Shown one piece after another: positions 60,559 to 64,000 of a stretch of DNA of 64,000 nucleotides. Under the pieces are notes generated by a model. The model made no database searches, was not told where the DNA came from, and worked only from the letters and a program-made list of their open reading frames with translations. Within the stretch, counting starts at the first letter, position 1; every line of letters starts with the position of its first letter. Position numbers and translations under genes: made by a program. Where the stretch lies: positions 32,001 through 96,000 of the forward strand of contig JAULAX010000002.1 of the NCBI GenBank assembly GCA_032654565.1, in the 5' to 3' direction. The stretch is from Anaeromyxobacteraceae bacterium. GTDB lineage: Bacteria; Myxococcota; Myxococcia; Myxococcales; Anaeromyxobacteraceae.

Positions 60559-60805
60559 GGCGGCAGGATAGTCGCCGCCCATCCCCGGGTCGACTCCGCG
60601 GCCGCGCCCCGCCGCCCGGGGCCTGCGTCCGGCGCCGCGGTGGACCGGTGGCGGCCGCCCGGATGGCGCAGCGCGTCGTCGGGGTGCGCTTGGTGGCGCG
60701 GGCCCCTTTTGTTACCCTCATCGGTCCACTCGAAGTCTTCCAGGCGTGCACACCCGGCGCGACCACCGTCTCGAGCCCCCCACGAGAGCGACAGGAGTCC
60801 CCCCG

Positions 60806-62701
60806 ATGAGCGTCAAGCCACAGCTGGAAGGCGAGGTCTTCTTCCCCACCGCCGAGGTCACCGCCCAGGCCCGCATCAAGGACTGGGGCGCGGTGGCCAA
60901 GGCCGCCAGCGACGACCTGGAGGGCTTCTGGGCCAAGGAGGCCGAGGAGCTGGAGTGGTACCGCAAGTGGGACCAGGTGCTGGACCGCTCCAACCCGCCC
61001 TTCTTCCGCTGGTTCAAGGGCTCGCAGTGCAACATCATCCACAACGCCCTCGACCGCCACCAGCGCAGCTGGCGCAAGAACAAGCTGTCGCTGATCTGGG
61101 TGGGCGAGCGCGGCGAGGTCCGCACCTACTCCTACTTCGCCCTCAACCGCGACGTCTCCAAGTTCGCCAACGTCCTCAAGGCCATGGGGGTGAAGAAGGG
61201 CGACCGGGTCACCATCTACATGCCGCGCATCCCCGAGATCGTGGTGGCCATGCTGGCCTGCGCCAAGATCGGCGCCGTCCACTCGGTGGTCTACGGCGGC
61301 TTCTCGGTGGACGCCCTGCAGGGGCGCATCGAGGACTCCGAGTCGAAGGTGGTGCTGACCGCCGACGGCGGCTTCATGAACGGCAAGGTGGTGGAGCTGA
61401 AGAAGACGGTGGACGACGCCGTGCGCCGCTGCCCCACCGTCGAGACGGTCATCGTGGTGCAGCGGACCGGCCACGAGATCCGCATGGAGGCGGGTCGCGA
61501 CTACTGGTACCACGAGCTGATGAAGCTGCCGCTGGCCACCGGCTCCTGCCCGACCGAGGTGATGGAGGCCGGCGACCCGCTCTACATCCTCTACACCTCG
61601 GGGACCACCGGGAAGCCCAAGGGGCTGGTCCACGGCCACGCCGGCTACATGACCGGCATCTACTCCACGCTCAAGTACGTCTTCGACATGAAGGACGAGG
61701 ACCGCTACTGGTGCGCCGCCGATCCGGGGTGGGTGACCGGCCACAGCTACATCGTCTACGGGCCGCTGCTGCTGGGGGCCACCACCTTCATGTACGAGGG
61801 GGCGCCCACCTACCCGTACCCGAACAAGTGGTGGTCGCTGGTGGAGAAGTACGGCATCACCATCCTCTACACCGCCCCCACCGCCATCCGCGGCCTGATG
61901 CGCTTCGGCGCCTCCTGGCCGGCGCGCCACGACCTTTCCTCGCTGCGGCTGCTCGGCTCGGTGGGCGAGCCCATCAACCCCGAGGCCTGGAAGTGGTACC
62001 ACCGCGAGATCGGCAAGGGGCGCTGCCCCATCATGGACACCTGGTGGCAGACCGAGACCGGCATGTTCCAGCTCACCCCGGTGCCGACCATGCCGCTCAA
62101 GCCCGGCTCTGCCGGCAAGCCCTTCTTCGGCCAGGACGCCCAGATCCTCGACGAGAAGGGGAACGAGGTCGAGGCCGGGAAGGAGGGGTTCCTGACCCTG
62201 AAGCACCCCTGGCCGGCCGCGGCCATGACCATCTTCCGCGAGGACGACCGCTTCAAGGAGACCTACTGGTCCACCTACCCGGGCAAGTACTGCGCCGGTG
62301 ACGCCGCCAAGAAGGACAAGGACGGCTACTTCTGGGTGATCGGCCGGACCGACGACGTCATCAAGGTCTCCGGGTACCGGCTGGGCACCGCCGAGGTGGA
62401 GAGCGCGCTGGTGAGCCACCCGGCGGTGGCCGAGGCGGCGGTGATCGGCCTGCCCCACGAGGTCAAGGGGCAGGCCATCCACTGCTACTGCCTGCTGCGC
62501 AACGGCTTCACCGCCAGCGAGGAGCTGGCCGAGCAGGTGCGCAACCACGTGGCCACCCACCTGGGCCCCATCGTCAAGCCGGAGAAGGTGACCTTCGTGG
62601 ACAGCCTGCCCAAGACCCGCTCCGGCAAGATCATGCGCCGGGTGCTCAAGGCCCGGGCCCAGGGACTCCCCGACGGTGACGTCTCCACGCTCGAGGAATA
62701 G
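60806..62701 (+). CDS. acs: Acetate--CoA ligase
   Basis: YTSGTTGKPKG, GWVTGHSY, DTWWQTETG, GRTDD, LPKTRSGKIMRR; AGGAG RBS. Confidence 0.95.
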   Translation: MSVKPQLEGEVFFPTAEVTAQARIKDWGAVAKAASDDLEGFWAKEAEELEWYRKWDQVLDRSNPPFFRWFKGSQCNIIHNALDRHQRSWRKNKLSLIWVGERGEVRTYSYFALNRDVSKFANVLKAMGVKKGDRVTIYMPRIPEIVVAMLACAKIGAVHSVVYGGFSVDALQGRIEDSESKVVLTADGGFMNGKVVELKKTVDDAVRRCPTVETVIVVQRTGHEIRMEAGRDYWYHELMKLPLATGSCPTEVMEAGDPLYILYTSGTTGKPKGLVHGHAGYMTGIYSTLKYVFDMKDEDRYWCAADPGWVTGHSYIVYGPLLLGATTFMYEGAPTYPYPNKWWSLVEKYGITILYTAPTAIRGLMRFGASWPARHDLSSLRLLGSVGEPINPEAWKWYHREIGKGRCPIMDTWWQTETGMFQLTPVPTMPLKPGSAGKPFFGQDAQILDEKGNEVEAGKEGFLTLKHPWPAAAMTIFREDDRFKETYWSTYPGKYCAGDAAKKDKDGYFWVIGRTDDVIKVSGYRLGTAEVESALVSHPAVAEAAVIGLPHEVKGQAIHCYCLLRNGFTASEELAEQVRNHVATHLGPIVKPEKVTFVDSLPKTRSGKIMRRVLKARAQGLPDGDVSTLEE

Positions 62702-62763
62702 TGGTAAGACGCCGGCCGTTCACCATGGCCCCCCGACATGGGCCCCGAAAGGATGCTGACCAC

Positions 62764-63435
62764 ATGAGACTCGCCGCTGCCGCCTTCGCCGTCGTCTTCG
62801 CCACCGCCTGCTCCGCGCAGGTCCCCGCCAAGGGCGCCCCGAAGACCGACGACGAGAAGACCGTCTACGCCGTCGGTGTCGCCGTCCAGAAGAGCCTGGA
62901 GCCGTTCAACCTCACCCCCGTCGAGGTGGAGCTGGTGCTGGCCGGCGTCCGCGACGCCGCCGCTGGCAAGGCCGAGGTGAAGCTGGAGGAGAAGCAGGCC
63001 GCCATCCAGAAGCTGGTGACCGACCGCCGGGCCGCCGCCGGCGCCGCGCTCGCCAAGCAGGGCGAGGGGTACGTGGAGAAGGCCTCCAAGGAGAAGGGGG
63101 CGGTCAAGACCGCCTCGGGGCTGATCTACGTGCCGGTCAAGGAGGGGACCGGCGCCAAGCCGGCCGCCACCGACAAGGTCAAGGTCAACTACGAGGGCAA
63201 GCTGGTCGACGGCAAGGTCTTCGACGCCTCGGCCAAGCACGGCGGCCCGGCCACCTTCCCGCTCAACGGCGTCATCCCCTGCTGGACCGAGGGGCTGCAG
63301 CTGGTCAAGGTGGGCGGCAAGGCCCGGCTGATCTGCCCGGCGGCGCTGGCCTACGGCGACCGCGGCGCGGGCGGCGACATCCCGCCCGGCGCCACCCTCG
63401 ACTTCTCCGTCGAGCTGCTCGAGATCGTGAAGTAG
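62764..63435 (+). CDS. FKBP-type peptidyl-prolyl cis-trans isomerase (FkpA/Mip-like)
   Basis: Signal peptide; KTASGL, VNYEG, FDAS, VIPCWTEGL, LAYG, IPPGATL. Confidence 0.95.
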   Translation: MRLAAAAFAVVFATACSAQVPAKGAPKTDDEKTVYAVGVAVQKSLEPFNLTPVEVELVLAGVRDAAAGKAEVKLEEKQAAIQKLVTDRRAAAGAALAKQGEGYVEKASKEKGAVKTASGLIYVPVKEGTGAKPAATDKVKVNYEGKLVDGKVFDASAKHGGPATFPLNGVIPCWTEGLQLVKVGGKARLICPAALAYGDRGAGGDIPPGATLDFSVELLEIVK

Positions 63436-63481
63436 CGTCGCAGCGAAATGACGTCGTGCCTCCGCCCGCCTGGCCCCACGG

Positions 63482-63958
63482 TCAGCGCGGGCGGAGCCGC
63501 TTCCAGTAGACCAGCTCGGCCACGTCGGGCAGCACCAGCCCGGGCAGCGCCCCCACCCGGGCCCAGCCGTGGCGCTCGTAGAAGGCCTGCGCCGCCACGT
63601 TGAAGTCGGAGCAGAGCAGGAAGCCGTGGGCGGCGGAGCGGGCCATGGTCCCCTCCGAGGAGGCCAGCAGCCCGGCGCCGATGCCCCGCGACTGCGCCGC
63701 CGGCAGCATCGCCATCAGCTTCAGGTAGGCGCCCAGCCCCAGCGTCCCCTCCCGCAGGAACCAGGCCATCCCCACCGGCCGGCCCGCCTCCACCGCCAGC
63801 AGCAGGCCGTCGCCGCGCGCCAGCGCCTCGGCCAGGTCGGCGGCCAGCTTCGGCTCGTCGCGGCCGTAGCGCTTCATCAGCTCCAGCCCGGCCAGGCCGG
63901 CGGCCAGCGGGGCGACATCGGCGGCGACGGCGGGGCGGACCTCCATGGGCACCTCCAC
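63482..63958 (-). CDS. GNAT-family N-acetyltransferase
   Basis: QSRGIG motif A; NVAAQAFYERHGW. Confidence 0.88.
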   Translation of the reverse strand: MEVPMEVRPAVAADVAPLAAGLAGLELMKRYGRDEPKLAADLAEALARGDGLLLAVEAGRPVGMAWFLREGTLGLGAYLKLMAMLPAAQSRGIGAGLLASSEGTMARSAAHGFLLCSDFNVAAQAFYERHGWARVGALPGLVLPDVAELVYWKRLRPR

Positions 63959-64000
63959 TCAGCGTGGTGAAGACTCGTCCGGCGGCGACAGCAGCGCCAA

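Overview
Very GC-rich (roughly 75% by eye) bacterial chromosomal window. Gene content (zinc-ribbon/TPR/GSPII_N-REC proteins, sigma54-type promoters, multiheme cytochromes, DUF222/HNH-type relic) points to Myxococcota, probably Anaeromyxobacter-like; this is an inference. It holds about 58 CDSs and one tRNA-Ala(CGC), mostly housekeeping and metabolic: phaR with a phasin-like gene and an ArsA-type ATPase pair, fatty acyl-CoA ligase, metY/metB/cysK, deoC, ttcA, ctaA-ctaB, MscS, a P-type ATPase, GH13, SPFH-NfeD, P-II and amt, an MsrB-MsrA fusion, a peptidoglycan-recycling cluster, acs and an FKBP. No integrase, transposase, Cas, reverse transcriptase or prophage gene is visible. The most notable unannotated signals are: (1) a shared palindrome TCCGyTwnArCGGA linking an XRE-cupin regulator to the cysK/metB and metY promoters, a candidate sulfur regulon that may include a radical SAM enzyme and a 20-Cys protein; (2) a 1.25 kb non-coding block of five ~169-bp structured tandem repeats plus a diverged inverted copy, inside the peptidoglycan-recycling cluster; (3) a porin plus 12-heme lipoprotein cytochrome operon behind an FNR-like box; (4) an HDAC-family protein with an extra, possibly GNAT-like, domain; (5) a CTAG-flanked MITE-like element, covarying twin hairpins, an orphan promoter driving a 25-aa ORF, and two pseudogenes. 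All functional calls come from motif reading; no database searches were run.
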